From Octopus vulgaris (Eukaryota): DNA of 64,000 nucleotides. Location of the stretch: the NCBI GenBank assembly GCA_951406725.2, contig OX597815.1:11346001-11410000 (forward strand), read 5' to 3'. The translations under genes and the position numbers were made by a program. Positions 1 to 13,174 of the stretch are shown here, one piece after another; position 1 is the stretch's first letter, and each line of letters opens with the position of its first letter. Below the pieces are notes generated by a model. It searched no databases. It was not told the origin of the DNA and saw only the letters and a program-made list of their open reading frames with translations.

Positions 1-13
1 ATTATTATCATTA

Positions 14-47
<34 letters not shown>

Positions 48-52
48 CATTA

Positions 53-119
<67 letters not shown>

Positions 120-135
120 CATTATTATTATTATT
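1..135. repeat. (ATT)n microsatellite
   Basis: Nearly pure ATT/ATC triplet run. Confidence 0.95.
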
Positions 136-625
136 GAGTGAGAGAGCCAGTGCATGCCATCGAAGTGAAACTGGGGTAAAATATACGAAGCCCAATATAC
201 CCATCATGACTACCCGTCTGATAAGGGTACACTAGGCACATGCATCATAACCAAATGTGCGCGACATGGTGATCTCATATCAAGATAAACAGCGCATGAC
301 CTTGCAGGTGGGGCCCAGTTAAAAGGTCCCTGAATAAGGATTGTTTAAGGATATTGAACGAAACACCCATGTTTCCCAAGGTGAACTATCCAAATCTCCA
401 AGATTTCCTTTCAACACACGGTTAATGATGCTCCCCAACTACTTCTGCTCGTGATCAGAGATGCACATATCGTCAGCCACTAAGGGACATGCTCAACTGC
501 TTAAGATCAAACAACTGATAAGCAAATCTGTGGTATTGAGCAAAATATTTGCTGTAGCCCATCTTTTATACCAAGACAAAACAATGTACATGATAATACT
601 TCCAATCAGTTAAGATCGTACTGCA
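136..625 (-). mobile_element. ~490-bp non-coding interspersed element embedded in (ATT/ATC)n (SINE or LINE 3' UTR)
   Basis: Complex, GC-richer block bounded on both sides by ATT/ATC repeats, with no ORF. Orientation inferred from an (AAT)n tail on the minus strand. Confidence 0.4.
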
Positions 626-635
626 TCAGGGTGTT

Positions 636-681
636 TATCATCGTCGTCATTATCGTCGTCATCATCATCATCATCATCATT

Positions 682-734
<53 letters not shown>

Positions 735-739
735 CATCA

Positions 740-803
<64 letters not shown>
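636..803. repeat. compound (ATC)n/(ATT)n microsatellite
   Basis: Visible triplet repeats. Confidence 0.95.
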
Positions 804-804
<1 letters not shown>

Positions 805-810
805 CAAACT

Positions 811-985
811 GGCGAGCTGGCGGAATCGTTAGCACGTCGGTCAAATTCGTCCATTCTGAGTTCAAATTCCGCCGAGATCCACTTTGTCTTTCATCCATTC
901 GTGGTCTATGAAATAGGTATCGGCATCGGTAATCGAGTAGCCCTCTCCCTCAAATGTCAGGCCTTTGTTTCTGTAGAAGAATGGG
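811..985 (+). mobile_element. degenerate SINE family B copy
   Basis: ggcgagctggcggaatcgttagcacg head and ttctgagttcaaattccgccgag B-box region shared with many copies in the window. Confidence 0.75.
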
Positions 986-1392
986 TTAAATGCTATATTA
1001 ATTAGCAGGGATTGCAGAGATTTTCTTCTGATGTTTGGTGACAAGTTTCCTTAAATCTAAAGAATATTTCCAAGGATTCATACAGAAAACAGGATTGCCC
1101 TTTCCTACTTGTCGACAAAGTGTGTTTTATTTGCAATATCCTCCAGCCTCTTAGACAACAGTTTTAGTGTTGTGCCATGTTCACCAATTAATACATGAAT
1201 AATTGTCATTTTAGTCCTCCACAATGTCTTCATCTCTCTGGCTAGGCCTTGATATTCCTAGTTTTCCTCATTATGTTAGGGATCCATTTTATAATTATAT
1301 GGTATTACGAAATCTATGATCTCGAAATATTTTGTTTTCGTTCTCTACAATTATATCTGGTTTTCTTGCTTTAATATTATGGACAAAAGGTG

Positions 1393-1720
1393 GCTTGCCT
1401 TTCATCCTTTCGGGGTCGATAAATTAAGTACCGGTTACGCACTTGGGTCGATGTAATCGATTTAATCCCTATATTTATCCTTGTTTTTCCCCTCTATGTT
1501 TAACCCCTTATAGGCAATAAAGAAATAAGAAACGTTAGCACACCGGGCGAAATGATTAGCGGTCTTTCGTCTGTCTTTACGTTCTGAGTCCAAATTCCGC
1601 CGAGGTTCACTTTGCCTTTCATCCTTTCGGGATCGATAAATTAAGTACCAGTTGCGCACTGGGGTCGATCTAATCGACTAGCCCCCTCCCCCAAAATTCC
1701 GTGCTTTCTGCAGAAAAGAT
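1393..1720 (+). mobile_element. SINE family B, partial dimer
   Basis: Two gcctttcatcctttcgggg(t)cgataaattaagtacc cores. Confidence 0.85.
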
Positions 1721-2566
1721 TAAGGTCAGTCTTTGTGGTAAATTCCATAAAATCCTATAATTCTTATTCTCTAATGCAGCCTCTGGCATGTCTTCATATC
1801 ACTTTTATGCTAGATTGAATCCGCAAACTCGACTAACATCCAATTACACTCTTTTACAGAAAAAAAGGCTTTGCCTCTGCATATGCTCTTTTTGTATTAG
1901 TTTATTGCATTCGGTTAAGAAATGGTTAATGCTTTCGTTTCTTATCCCAGAAATTCTTCATTTGTTCTCTGATTTAGTCTTATCAATCGTTGTCATTATC
2001 AAGTTTGTTCTAATGGCTTGTTCCTGAGCGGTTAAAATTAGCGATTCGATTTCTCTTTACACTTTTTCATTTGTCAACCACATCTAACGTTCTTTACTTT
2101 CAACATTTTCGGCTATGAATTGGCCATGTAATTCCTTCACTTTCTTGCTAAATGTCGTGTCATGCTTTTGTCTACTCTTTAATTCTCCTACTGATTTAGT
2201 AATTTTCTGTTTATTTCAGAATGCAGACTTGTATTCTTTCTTCACAACGCACAATAGATTTTTCAAACCCAATATCGTAGTGCCTTCTGCGTTTAACATG
2301 CCTCAGGCTCCTTTCTTTCCAGGTAAGTAGAATCTGTCGATATTACGTTTGGAGAGGTGCACCTTGTGTGTTGTGAGCAACGTCTTCGTTCGTCTATTTC
2401 ATGTAGTTCTGTGTTTTATCTTCGATTCTGAGCATCGTCAGGTACCCCAAGAACTAACAGTGTGAAACACTGTCATAAGACTTCTTGCCGTCGAACCAGC
2501 CAACAACTAAGATCTTTATTTTTCATACCTGATTTAACATTATACTATCAATATACGATCGGTGCA

Positions 2567-3345
2567 AGGCGGTGAACTGGCAGAAACGTTAGCATGCCGG
2601 GCGAAATGTTTAGCGGTATTTCGCCTGCCGTTACGTTCTGAGTTCAAATTCCGCCGAGGACGACATTGCCTTTCATCATTTCGGGCTCGATAAATTAAGT
2701 ACCAGTTACGCACTGGGGTCGATGTAATCGACTTAATAACTATGTCTGTCCTTGTTTGTCCCTTCTATGTTTAACCCTTTGTGGGTATTAAAGAAATAGG
2801 TATTTCGTCTGCCGTTGCGTTCTGAGTTAAAATTCCGCTGTGGTCGACTTTACCTCTCATCCCTTCGGGGTCGATAAATCAAGTACTAGTTACGCACTGG
2901 GGTCAATCTAATCGACTTAATTCCTTTGTCTGTCCTGGTTTGTCCTCTCTGTGTTTAGCCCCTTGTGGGAAGTAAAGAAATAGTTATTTCGTCTGCCGTT
3001 ATATTCTGACTTTTAAATTCCGCCGAGGTCGACTTTGCCTTTCATCCCTTCGGGGTCGATAAATTAGGTACCAGTTACGCACTGGGGTCGATGTAATCGA
3101 CTTGATTCCTTTGCTTGTCCTTGTTTGTCCCATGTATGCTTAGCCCCTTGTGGGCAATAAAGAAAAAAGAAACGCTAGCACGCCGGGCGAAATGCTTAGC
3201 GGGATTTCTTCAGTATTCAAATTCCGCTGAGGTCGACTTTGCTTTTCGCGGTGGATATATTAAGTACGAATTTCGTACTGGGGGCGATCTAATCGACTGG
3301 TCCCCTCTCCCAAAATTTTGAGCATCGTTCCTAGAATAGAATAGA
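2567..3345 (+). mobile_element. SINE family B multimer (about 4 units; tRNA-like head, Meta-domain-like core)
   Basis: Head aggcggtgaactggcagaaacgttagc, repeated ~180-bp units, imperfect TSD aatatacgatcggtgc / aatatacaattggtac. Confidence 0.9.
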
Positions 3346-4426
3346 ATATACAATTGGTACGCAGTCTCCTTTACTTTATTTTGCATCCTTTTCGATCCTC
3401 TGGCAATAGCTTCCGCTTCTCCAGGAAGCTATACACTTCATCTGCTGTGAGAACAGCTAATAATTTCCCTAGTTATAATAAGCATGTAATAGTTCTATAA
3501 TAACTGGCTTCCCTCTTTCCTTTTTCTTCTTTACTAACACTGTCTTTCTTTGTTGTACTTTATCTTGATGTTTTATTTTCTACAAAGTCAGAAACAAACA
3601 GTTGTATATGGCTGTCGATACAACACGGATTTTTGAGCCAGAATCCATGGACACCATCTAAGTCCAGCGGATTTTCAGTTTGCCTTTTTCTTAAATCTCG
3701 GTTTCAGTTTTTCATCAATTTCGTTTTGCTGTATTTTCCATTTCATTTTAAAATTTCCCTAATTACTCTTCTTCTGCATTATGTTGAACTTCTTTGATCT
3801 AGATTTCTGACGAAAATTCCCTCAAGGCCTCAGCCACTGTCACTTCACTGCCACGATATTCATCCACAATATTTTGTTGCTAATATTTCCTTTAATTGTT
3901 TTGTAGACCCTCTTCTCTCGGCATTGGCTTATTCTTTGTTGATACGTAGTTTTCTTTTACGTGGCTTTGCTTTACTTTTCGCCTTACTTTTTCTTTAATT
4001 CCCTGCAATCCTTTGCGTCTAATGTACTTTTTCCTGGAGCTTGTTCCTGTGTATTTCCTTCACCATATTCTTTCCCGTTATTGCAGTAATTGTTCAACCA
4101 TCTCTTTTGAGCTGTTCAACTTGGTTCTCAACTCACCGTTTCCACCGTGTACTTGTTCCTAACCTTCTTTGATATTATCCACAAAAACATATGAAGTCAT
4201 TTAAAAGTGTTATATATTCAACATAGATTTTCGTTCATCTTTACGTAGTTTTCTTCTTTCATTTCCTCATTCAATTTCCAAAGTTCTTTGTCTCGTTCTT
4301 CTTCTAACAGTTCGTGTTTCATGTAGACGTTATAGTAAGCGACATTCCTCCACTGGAACATTCTTTCCTTCTACAAATTAAAATTTGTTTTCATATAGGA
4401 TATGCTTTCACATGACTTATTGGACC

Positions 4427-4527
4427 CTTCTTCTTCTTCTTCTTCTTCTTCTTCTTCTTCTTCTTCTTCTTCTTCTTCTTCTTCTTCTTCTTCTTCTTCT
4501 TCTTCTTCTTCTTCTTCTTCTTCTTCT
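4427..4527. repeat. (CTT)n microsatellite
   Basis: Pure triplet run. Confidence 0.95.
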
Positions 4528-4695
4528 CTACCACTGGCGTCTTTACACGAGTAAATTTATCAACTCTAGAAATCCTTGTTCTGTAATACGGAAACTGTCA
4601 TTCTCTATCCATGTTTAATGCATCGTTTTTCTGTATCCTATTGTGGTAGGTTTACTTCTGTGATAATATTCCAGTATACATAAATACATTTACTA

Positions 4696-4870
4696 GTACT
4701 CCGTCGCTTACGACGCGTGTTCCAGCTGGTCCGATCAGCGAAGCAGATTCGTCGTGGAATTAACGTGCAAGTGGCTCAGCACTCTAAAGACAAGCTTACC
4801 CTTAATATAGTTCTCAGGGAGATTCAGCATGACATTGGATGTGACAAGGCTGGCCAGCTGAACTACAGAC
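4696..4870 (-). mobile_element. 3' fragment of SINE family C/D (OR-like tail)
   Basis: Reverse complement matches the tail of 17971-18351 (gctgagccacttgcacgttaatt...cgacggagt). Confidence 0.75.
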
Positions 4871-5442
4871 CACAAGAAAAAAGCAACAACAAGAATTTGA
4901 TGCAAAAGTGGAAAGGTGAATGCAAACGGGAAAAAATTCCACCACATTTGTTCATTCTAGATGAGAAATTTTCATCAAATGCAAGCGTATAGACTGATTT
5001 CTTTTGGTGAATTGGAGGACACCATCCTCTCCAGATTGAAAAGCTGTGTAGCATGCTTTGGAGCTCTTGTCGTTGAATTATTCTACAACTAGTTTAGTTA
5101 TGACTTTTACGGAACACTAAATCAATCATGACTTTTACATAACACTAAGTTTTCCTTCTTTTCTTTTACCATTTTTATTCATCGTTCCAATTTTTGTATC
5201 AACTTACTTCCCATTTTCTTTCTCGTTTCTTCTCGTGGTCTCTCACGTACCAGCGTCCTGATTTCTGATAGAACAAACAATGTGCTCAAAGCCCGGTAAT
5301 TGCTTGGAGATGCAAGCGACGTAATAAAATCTTGTTAGCCACGTGTTTTCTCAGCAAGAAAGCTATAATGTACACAATGATATTTATCTCTCACTGGATG
5401 GAGTATACTTTTTTTAACTTACCGTAACAATAAACTGCATAA

Positions 5443-5483
<41 letters not shown>

Positions 5484-5616
5484 CAAACACACACACATGC
5501 ACGCACAAACACAAACACACACACACACACAGACACACAAACACACACACACACACACAAACACACACAAACACAAACACACGCACACACACACACAAAC
5601 ACAAACACAAACACAT

Positions 5617-5652
<36 letters not shown>
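5443..5652. repeat. imperfect (CA)n microsatellite
   Basis: CA/CAAACA run. Confidence 0.95.
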
Positions 5653-5653
<1 letters not shown>

Positions 5654-5884
5654 TGAACAGTGGGATAACAATTCGGTTCTGTCCATCGATGAGGTTAGTC
5701 ATCAGTAAGTCATCAATCTTTATGCGCTACAATGAAGGTCTACTTTGTGCATTTGCCGCAAATTGAATATCAGCAGATTTCAATGATTGAATTATGTGAA
5801 AATTTCTATTTCAGTTTGGGGTAAAACGTTTTTATCGAGACTCTTTGTTGTCGAGGAATATCATCCACCATTAAGGTGCTATCA

Positions 5885-6297
5885 ACTCTCTACTCTTTTA
5901 ATTGTTTCAGTCATTTGACTGCGGCCATGCTGGAGCACCACCTTTAGTCGAGCAAATCGACCCCGGGACTTATTCTTTGTAAGCCCAGTACTTATTCTAT
6001 CGGTCTCTTTTGCCGAATCGCTAAGTGACTGCGATGTAAACACACCACCATCGGTTATCAAGCAATGCTAGGGGGACAAACACAGACACACAAACATATA
6101 CACACACACTTTATATATATATATATATATATATACATATATACGACAGGTTTCTTTCAGTTTCTGTCTACCAAATCCACTCACAAGGCATTGGTCGGCC
6201 CGGGGCTATAGTAGAAGATACTTGCCCAAGATGCCACACAGTGGGACTGAACCCGGAACCATGTGGTTGGTTAGCAAGCTACTTACCACACAGCCAC
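5885..6297 (-). mobile_element. SINE family A (tRNA-like head, CORE-like segment, internal TA/TG tract, gaaac+(aagagt)n tail)
   Basis: Reverse complement of the plus-strand copy at 37192-37610. Confidence 0.92.
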
Positions 6298-7206
6298 CAT
6301 TTGTGGCAGTTCTTGAAATTAAGAAGAAAACTCACCGTTATATCTTAAATCTGGATGAAATTCCAAAATAACGAACGAAAATTTTGCTATAATCCATAGA
6401 AATCTTTTTCTGACTGTACCGAGGTCACTGACTCAATAACATAAAATAAATGAAAGCCATCGATTCATGGCTGTTTGCATGTTCGAATATTCGAATATTG
6501 ATCAACGTTCTCTGCAAAGTGCCTGTGAAATGATGAAAACGTGGGCGTAATCTGAACTTGCATGCTATCAAATATTCATACCGAAACAAAAATGTTGTTC
6601 AACGTTTTCTTTGATTAGAGAAACGTCTTTCACAATCAATTTACTTCTTGGGATTAGTCGATCTGTAAAATATTTTATTTAGATATTCTTATGCGTGAAA
6701 AGTAGAGATTGCAATCGAGAAGGCGTAAAGCATGTATAAGGATTATGACGTCTACGACATTTTCACACACCATGAGATGAATCCTATTCTCCACCTGGTC
6801 TAATATAAACTCGTTACCAAATATTTAACGTACTTAGATTTGAGATGATTGAAGAGAACGAAGGAAATCCACTTTGACAAATAAGCGTTACAAATGAAGA
6901 GGAATTCGATGACAAATTGGCCCCGAAACTTCAAACATTATTGGTATCGGTATATCAAGAGTAGAAATGGTTACTCTGAATCAGACAGTTATTATTAAAT
7001 CAAAAATATAGCAATTTTTTGTTTTTTAAAACTCAGTGTATTTATGGACATAGAGAGTGGTGCTGTAAGCAGGAAATAGTTTGAGAGTGGGAGCTAAAGG
7101 AGGTGGTATTTTATTTTGGTAGCTCCTCAGCCAACTGGTTGTAAGATCATGGAAAGTATGTATTAGACACCAATTTCAATACATATAATACACAATATAT
7201 ATATAT

Positions 7207-7610
7207 ACTCTCTTTTATTCTTTTACTTGTTTCAGTCATTTGATTGCGGCCATGCTGGAGCACCACCTTTAATCGAGCAACTCGACCCCGGGACTTATTC
7301 TATTGTAAGCCCAGTACTTATTCTATCGGTCTCTTTTGCCGAACCGCTAAGGGACGGGGACGTAAACACACCAGCATCGGTTGTCAAGCAATGCTAGGGA
7401 GACAAACACAGACACACAAACACCCACACATATATATATATATATATATACATATATACGATAGGCTTCTTTCAGTTTCCGTCTACCAAATCCACTCACA
7501 AGGCATTGGTCAGCCCGGGGCTATAGCAGAAGACACTTGCCCAGTGGGACTGAACCCGGAACCATGTGGTTGGTAAGCAAGCTACTTACCACACAGCTAC
7601 TCCTGCGCCT
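7207..7610 (-). mobile_element. SINE family A, near full length
   Basis: Runs from ctcttttacttgtttcagtcatttga to gctactcctgcgcct. Confidence 0.92.
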
Positions 7611-9309
7611 ATATATATATCAATATCATTTATATGCACACATATACATCATGTATATTATATATATATAATATATATGACATATATATATGTACACACA
7701 CATACGCACACACGCACACCCCCACACACCCCACATCCCACACACATGTAATCAGCTTCTGCAACCTGATAATCAATTGTCTGACATCAAGATAAACTTC
7801 TGAATGAAGCCTAAAATTCATCCCACTCCAATTAAATACTATATCTTGCACAGCAACATGCACTGCAATAATTTCTCTTTGGCTAGCTTCATACACATTC
7901 GTTAAAATATCTGGATAGGTAATTGTTTAGTAGCTGCACTGAATTTCAAACCGATGCAAGTGAAGAACTCTTTAATTCTATAACATCAGACGTATTCCAC
8001 TGTGTATTTATAGCCGTTAAAATGATTGAAAATTAACTGCTAACATTTTAATGTAAATGATATTAATCATTACTATTACGAATATATATTTAACTGTTCC
8101 ATATAAAGTTGAAAATAGGTAGAAAGCCGTTTTATTAAATATAATAATGTTTAATTAAAACTAATTTCCTATATATATATATAGCGTTTCGTTTTAAAGC
8201 ATTGCTGTTTGATCAGGTCTATGATCAAAAATGTTCTCACCGTATATATTTCGTGGCGTAGATCAGGAGACATATTATTCAGCAGCAGAGGAAATTTTGG
8301 GTGCTGTTTCTAACTGACCAAGCGGTCGCCTAAATACTTCCCCGTTAGTTCAAGCGGTAGTATTTGTCACTGGAAGACATTTTTGTAGTTTTTTTTAAAC
8401 CCTGAATCAAACCAGAGAAAGCAGACCTGCCGTGACTAAATGAACTGAATCAGTCTGATTCACTTGTAATGTATCTGAAGTTTCATTGCTCAATATACTT
8501 TTTCATTATTTAACACAATATACAGAAGTTTCAGATTCGCGGGAGGTACTTAGCATTACAGTCGAAAAAACTACCTGTTTGAAAAACTTCTTAGCAATAG
8601 GAAACTACAAACTTGCAAACCACAGAAAGCACTATAGGATTCCAATGTAAAATTCCAATGGAAAATACAAATTTCAATCTAAACATGAAAGTTGTAAATT
8701 TATTGACCTAAATCTAATACGTTGGCATACATGTGCAACATCTCTCGGCGACTGACCATGTATTTACAACAAGAAGACAATGCAACAAATTATAATGCAG
8801 TACACGAAATAGAATTAGAAAATGATGGTAAACCTATAGCGAATTCCCCAAAGGCATGATTTTAACTTAATTATCAATATCAATAGCTAGAGTCAACGGG
8901 AATATATACCACATGTAAAATAAATCCCAAACTGCCAGGAATTAACTGTTTATTACTATTAAATACTGAGGATTCGATCTGTTACAATAATAATTCTTTG
9001 ATTGTGACTTGCGACAAACCAGGCAAACAGCGCACTAGTGTAAATATTACTTTATCAGACGAAACCAGGCATATACTGAAAGCATTAATTACTGAATTTT
9101 ACTTAGGAACGCTAATATCCCAGACTAACCATAACCACTAATAAAAACCTATGAAAATATCCTTAATAATATAAATAGAATCCGGTAAGCCATGTATTAA
9201 ATGTATGTATAAAAAGAAAGCTGATCCCTGCTGAGACAGGTAGAAACACCGAGACGTACACACAAGCACACATACACACGCCCACACACGTTCACACACA
9301 CGCACATAT

Positions 9310-9358
<49 letters not shown>

Positions 9359-9477
9359 TATAACAACCTTTAATTTTCACTAGTGTTCATACAAGGAGAA
9401 CTGAGGCGACAAACTCGAGAGGCATAACACACACGCATGTATGTATGTATGTATGTATGTATGTATGCATGTATGTA

Positions 9478-9528
<51 letters not shown>

Positions 9529-10308
9529 AAACATATAACGTGTGTGTATACAAGCATCAAACTCCAGCACGCACGCAAGCACGCATATAAAACGACAAAC
9601 TCATATTTTGAATAGTATATGTGTTTGGAAACTCACAAACGCACGCGTGCACGCACGTACACACACACACACACCACACAGACACACACACAGACACACA
9701 TATATAGGTATGTGTAGTACGAGAGAGAGAGAGGGGGGAGAGTGAGGTATATGTGTACATATACATAATTAGATATATACATGCATCCATACACACACAC
9801 ACAGACACACACACATAGGCGAGTGTGAGTACGTATGTATAAAACAATAATTCCTATATATATAAAACAGCATAATTTTTAATGTCTGCTGAAACGGACC
9901 GTTAAGATTTACACATTAAAAAGACTAAAGCCATAATATATGTATATATCTATATTTTATGGCTATGTTACTTCAACCAAATTATAGATGTACTTTGTTT
10001 TTATTAGTTTCACCTTGTTCACAGAGGAAGAAAAGGCAAGCTTCGAAGAGACAGGACTATAAACATTTTGGTACGTAATTTAAGACTGCATCGCTAAAAC
10101 AATAATGAAAATAAAAAGAAATGTTGTTATTTTGATAATTAAGTTTATAACTCGCTCTGTATATTTATACATATATACATACCGACATAACTACCTACCT
10201 ACTTACCTATATATATATATATATAAACACCTACATATATGTAATTTCGTTTAAATGTGCATTGATGCATATATGTATGAGTTAACAGTTACACACACGC
10301 ACCCTTCA

Positions 10309-10320
10309 TATGAATATATC

Positions 10321-10403
<83 letters not shown>

Positions 10404-10497
10404 GCACATGTTTACGTATGTATAATGTATATGTATACATATATACACACGCACAGATATATATATATTCATATACATATATATATAAATATATATG

Positions 10498-10570
<73 letters not shown>
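10309..10570. repeat. (TA)n-rich microsatellite
   Basis: Dinucleotide run. Confidence 0.95.
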
Positions 10571-11078
10571 ACTCACACTTCCTATATTATTGGTACTCGT
10601 AAACACGTTTATGTTACACATAATTAAACTTTCAGTAGCTTTGATCGAAAATAATTTTTTAGAAAATATGATTAATAATGATAATTACCATAAAAAATGA
10701 GGAAACTAAAGACATTATGAATTCTCTTTGTTTATTTCAATATTAGGAGAAAACTTCTGTATTATCTTCATATTGAAATAACAGAAACAAAATGCAAAGT
10801 TTTTTGTTAATATATTATAATATTGCTGAAGTGCGTTAAAAGGTGTAACGTTTTCATACCTTACTCGGCGGATAAATATGCATTGTTTTCTGCTATGGTT
10901 TATAGTTAAGAAGAATGAGACACAGTATGGTGGATGATGAGTCGTACTATAGAGATGGTTAGTAATTCTGCAATCAGGAGTTGTGCAGGGCCTCCCGATG
11001 ATTCATTGTATACCTCTATAAATAGCGTGAACACTCACAAAAACACGCGCCCCCGACCCGCACAAGCACGCACAGACA

Positions 11079-11166
<88 letters not shown>

Positions 11167-11210
11167 CTCACATAGACACACACCTTTTCTTTCAGTATTA
11201 CCCTAACCTT

Positions 11211-11921
11211 TAAGGTGGCGAGCTGGCAGAATCGTTAGCACGTCGGGCGAAATGCTTAGCGGTATTTCGTCTGCCGCTACGTTCTGAGTTCAAATTCCGC
11301 CGAGGTTGACTTTGCCTTTCATCCTTTCGGGGTCTAGAAATTAAGTACCAGTTACGTACTGGGGTCGATGTAATCGACTTAATACCTTTGTCTGTCCTTG
11401 TTTGTCCCCTCTATGTTTAGCCCCTTGTGGGTAGTAAAGAAATAGGTAGCTGTCATGGTGATGTCAAAAAGTTACGATTCGGTTTGCGTGTCAGGCATAG
11501 TTGTATAGCATATTTGTAATTTTTTAAATCGGGGATTCATATACCAGAATGACAGTACGTGGGAAGGAAATAACCTTACTCAAGAAAACAATGATAGTTT
11601 ATCGTATATATAAGGTGGTCTAAGCTGGGTATCCTTTTGAGGTCGATAAATTAAGTACCAGTTACGCTCTCTGGGGTCGATCTAATCAACTTAATCCGTT
11701 TGTCTGTCCTTGTTTGTCCTCTCTGTGTTTAGCCCCTTGTGGGTAGTAAAGAAATAGGTATATCCTCTGTCTTTACGATTTGACTTCAAATTCCGCCGCG
11801 GTCGACTTTGCCTTTCATCCTTTCGAGGGCGATAAATTAAGTACCATTTTCGTACTGGGGTCTATCTAATCGACTGGCCCCCTCTCTCAAAATTTCGGGC
11901 CTTGTGTCTAGAGTAGTAAAG
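11211..11921 (+). mobile_element. composite SINE family B insertion containing 188 bp of captured flank
   Basis: 17-bp TSD agtattac(c/a)ctaacctt at 11194-11210 and 11922-11938. Internal 11445-11632 duplicates 13175-13362. Confidence 0.85.
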
Positions 11922-12099
11922 AGTATTACACTAACCTTCTATATTTATATTAGCTCCGTAAATACAAAATATTTAAATGGATTTTGAAAAAATTCATGAA
12001 CGAAATAATTACTTTTTATTCATTTGAGATTTTTCAGAAAGTTTTTACTGTAGTTATATATACCAGTTATGCACTCTAGATAGTTTAAAAGTAACGCTT

Positions 12100-12595
12100 C
12101 TTTTTCATTCTTTTGACAACATTTTGGTAAGAATGAATGAATCATTCACGAAAATTGTATATACGACAGTAAAAAATCATTACGCGTTTGTTACATATGA
12201 TAAAGGCTCCCGTTGCATGAGTCTTCATCGGTAGAGTTTCAAGTTAACTTTTTTCCTGAAACGACCCACAGACCTTTGTGAGATGTCCGACTTAGTTTGG
12301 TAGACTTTAGAGGACTATTCACGCAAGTCGGTGCTACCTGCACCTCATTTTCTTCAGTGACAAAAATTCGTAGAGGCCTGAATTTCTGTGCGTACTTCAC
12401 TGAGGCTGTCTCTTCGAATTTGTCTCTTGTAAATCGGTTGTCGTGACGACGTGTAGTGTGAAAGGTTTCCGTCTACTTTTTGGCGCAGTCTCGTATTTGC
12501 AGCAGTTCTTTAAGATCTACTTTTTCGCGTGATCTCTCACGTTACCCGCCATTACGTCTTACAGCCATAAAAGATAAAACATTCAACCACCCTGT
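12100..12595 (-). mobile_element. decayed 5' part of a Tc1/mariner-superfamily (DUF4817-type HTH) transposase
   Basis: Minus-strand KFEETASVK...VTEENEVQV...NSPLKSTK matches the KF.ETGSV...TEEN...SP.KS.R pattern. Terminal acagggtgg resembles a TIR start. Confidence 0.6.
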
Positions 12596-12942
12596 TTTAA
12601 TTTAAACATGAATAAATCATCGGTAGTTTGGAGTATAGGTAAACTTAAGCATATAACATATACCTGTTGTTGGAGTCATAAGGTAGTAGTTACAATATCG
12701 CTCAGCTTCATATTACACAACGTTTAATAGGGAAAAAATACATCTACAATTTCCGACTTACAAACTGGGAGAGAAGAGCTTTCAAAGATGGTTTCTAGCC
12801 AGAACATTTGGTAGGAAACCTTTCTTGATCAAATCAACTCACGGGAATGAATTAACGAATCAGCGACATCAGATAATTATACATCCATAGAGTACACAGG
12901 CTGTTGTTGTCATCAGTTAGATGACGGTAGCTGTCATGGTGA

Positions 12943-13174
12943 AGGCGGCGAGCTGGCAGAAACGTTAGCACGCCGGGCGAAATGTTTAGCGGTGTTTCGT
13001 CTGCCGCTACGCTCTGAGTTCAAATTCTGTCGAGGTCGACTTTGCCTTTCATCCATTCGGGGTCGAGACATTAAGTACCAGTTACGCACTGGGGTCGATG
13101 TAATCAACTTAATCCGTTTGTCTGTCCTTCTTTGTCCCTTCTATGTTTAGCCCTTTGTGGGTAGTAAAGAAATA
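12943..13174 (+). mobile_element. SINE family B monomer
   Basis: Full head to aaagaaata. TSD ggtagctgtcatggtga (12926-12942) / ggtaactgtcatggtta (13175-13191). Confidence 0.92.

Larger units (their letters stand above)
1000..4620 (-). mobile_element. decayed R4/Dong-clade (RLE) non-LTR retrotransposon, interrupted by SINEs
   Basis: Minus-strand remnants: KSAG-DGVHGFWLK-like (~3640-3680), RRTKTLLTTHKVHLSKRNIDRFYLPGKKG (~2310-2400; cf. HPKADVDRLYLPRKEGGRGL) and ARKPDIIV (~1350-1370, RLE PD motif). Many stops and frameshifts. Confidence 0.75.

Noticed and set aside
14-1005. Poly-L/I/N/D ORFs
   Set aside because: Translations of ATT/ATC microsatellites.
5690-5710. CTGATGA on the minus strand (similar heptamers near 12910, 28755, 50656, 55482)
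   Set aside because: No matching stem II + GAAA + stem III/I, so not hammerheads.
5680-6620. Possible mariner N-terminal remnant on the minus strand
   Set aside because: Motif similarity too weak; no TIR identified.
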